From positions 190,464,001-190,528,000 of the forward strand of contig NC_067401.1 in the NCBI RefSeq assembly GCF_016432865.1: DNA of 64,000 bases, read 5' to 3'. Of this stretch, positions 63,125-64,000 are shown in pieces; position 1 is the stretch's first letter, and each line of letters starts with the position of its first letter. The position numbers were made by a program, and so were the translations under genes. The notes beneath the pieces were generated by a model. The model saw nothing but the letters and a program-made list of their open reading frames with translations. It did not search any database and was not told the DNA's origin. The DNA comes from Antechinus flavipes. Lineage: Eukaryota.

Positions 63125-64000
63125 GTGTGTGTATGTGTGCAGGGGGAAAGAAGGGGAAGGGAGGAAGCAAGGGAACCTTGGGTACAAGGGAACAGTACTT
63201 GGCTTCCTTTCAAACTCACTGGGGCCTTCCTGTGGGTTCTCCACGGGAGTTGATGCTGATGTGGAGAAAGACAGGGGGGAAAAAGGACACTTGGGCCCTG
63301 ATCTTGGGATGAGAGAAGACTCACCTGAGAGGTACAGCAATGGGAATGTGGAGGGTTGTCTCACACTGGCTTATAAATGCCCTGATTTAGTCTGTTTCAC
63401 TCCAGACCCATCCAGGGACACTGGTGACAGTGTTGGATCTCTTTGATGGGGGAGAAAGTCTTCGACCACTATGGGAACAGGTACAAGGCTTCCAGAAAGC
63501 TGTGACCCCTATCATGGAACAGTCTCCTCACGGAGTACATCTCCTCTGTTATTCCCAGGGTATGAATTTTTGTACCATATTGCTAACCCTGACCTCCTTA
63601 ATTTGTGACCATTCCTCCTTCACTTCTTACCCCATCTCTTACCTCTGAACTCTGCTGCTAATCTCTGATGCCAAAGAGTGACCCTGGCATTTCATCCCAT
63701 TTTGACTATTCCAGTCCCCTTCTTACTCACTATAGACTTTCTGATCAATCATTTGTGCCTTCTCTTTCTCCTCCTTCTCCTTACTCCTATACCCACTGAT
63801 ATATTCAACTTATATTATTTTGTCTTTGTATGTATCTGGCGAGAGTAACACCCAGCTCTGTTTCCATGCACTCCCCTTTACTCCCCAACTTCCCACATTC
63901 TTTCCTCTCTTTGGATCAATGAGATGATTGCTTCCTCCATTCCCCCACCATGCTACAGGAGGCCTCATCTGCCGGGCCCTACTCTCTGTTATGGATGAAC
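62942..64000 (+). CDS. PPT2: Lysosomal thioesterase PPT2, 5' part; continues past the window end
   Basis: Signal peptide then [14 protein letters not shown]...INQ|[29 protein letters not shown]...HLLCYSQG|[13 protein letters not shown]; catalytic Ser in YSQGG. The ORF-track start at 62855 is intronic (acceptor cag|ACTGGAGC ATG at 62934). Confidence 0.96.
63406..63559 (+). CDS. PPT2: PPT2 second coding exon (154 nt)
   Basis: cag|ACCCATCCAGGG...TCCCAGG|gtatg. Confidence 0.96.
63959..64000 (+). CDS. PPT2: PPT2 third coding exon (truncated by window end)
   Basis: cag|GAGGCCTCATCTGCCGG... = (G)[13 protein letters not shown]. Confidence 0.94.

Overview
This is eukaryotic genomic DNA from the MHC class III region of a marsupial, most likely a dasyurid (WSINE1, Mar1 and the L1 3'-UTR type point to Tasmanian devil/dunnart/antechinus relatives). 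Gene order matches human as I recall it: probable TNXB promoter/non-coding exon 1 (-), complete ATF6B (18 coding exons, 704 aa, -), FKBPL (one coding exon, 352 aa, -), PRRT1 (4 exons, 306 aa, -) and the first three coding exons of PPT2 (+, runs off the right end). All exon borders were placed by hand on GT-AG sites with consistent phases. The ~30 kb between FKBPL and PRRT1 is nested retroelement debris: L1s, solo LTRs with target-site duplications (TSDs), L2, and a decayed betaretrovirus-like provirus. The best leads are (i) an env+PPT+LTR+flank cassette inside the integrase of another, apparently env-less ERV; (ii) a CpG-retaining LTR with a strong splice donor just upstream of FKBPL, in the same orientation; (iii) two L1 3'-transductions and a double-L1 inside one TSD; (iv) an AT-rich block I cannot assign, joined to an L1 by a templated-duplication junction; (v) a (CA)n repeat in place of the polypyrimidine tract of the in-frame-skippable ATF6B bZIP exon. 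I found no prokaryote-type system (CRISPR etc.). Repeat family names and human comparisons come from recall, not database searches.
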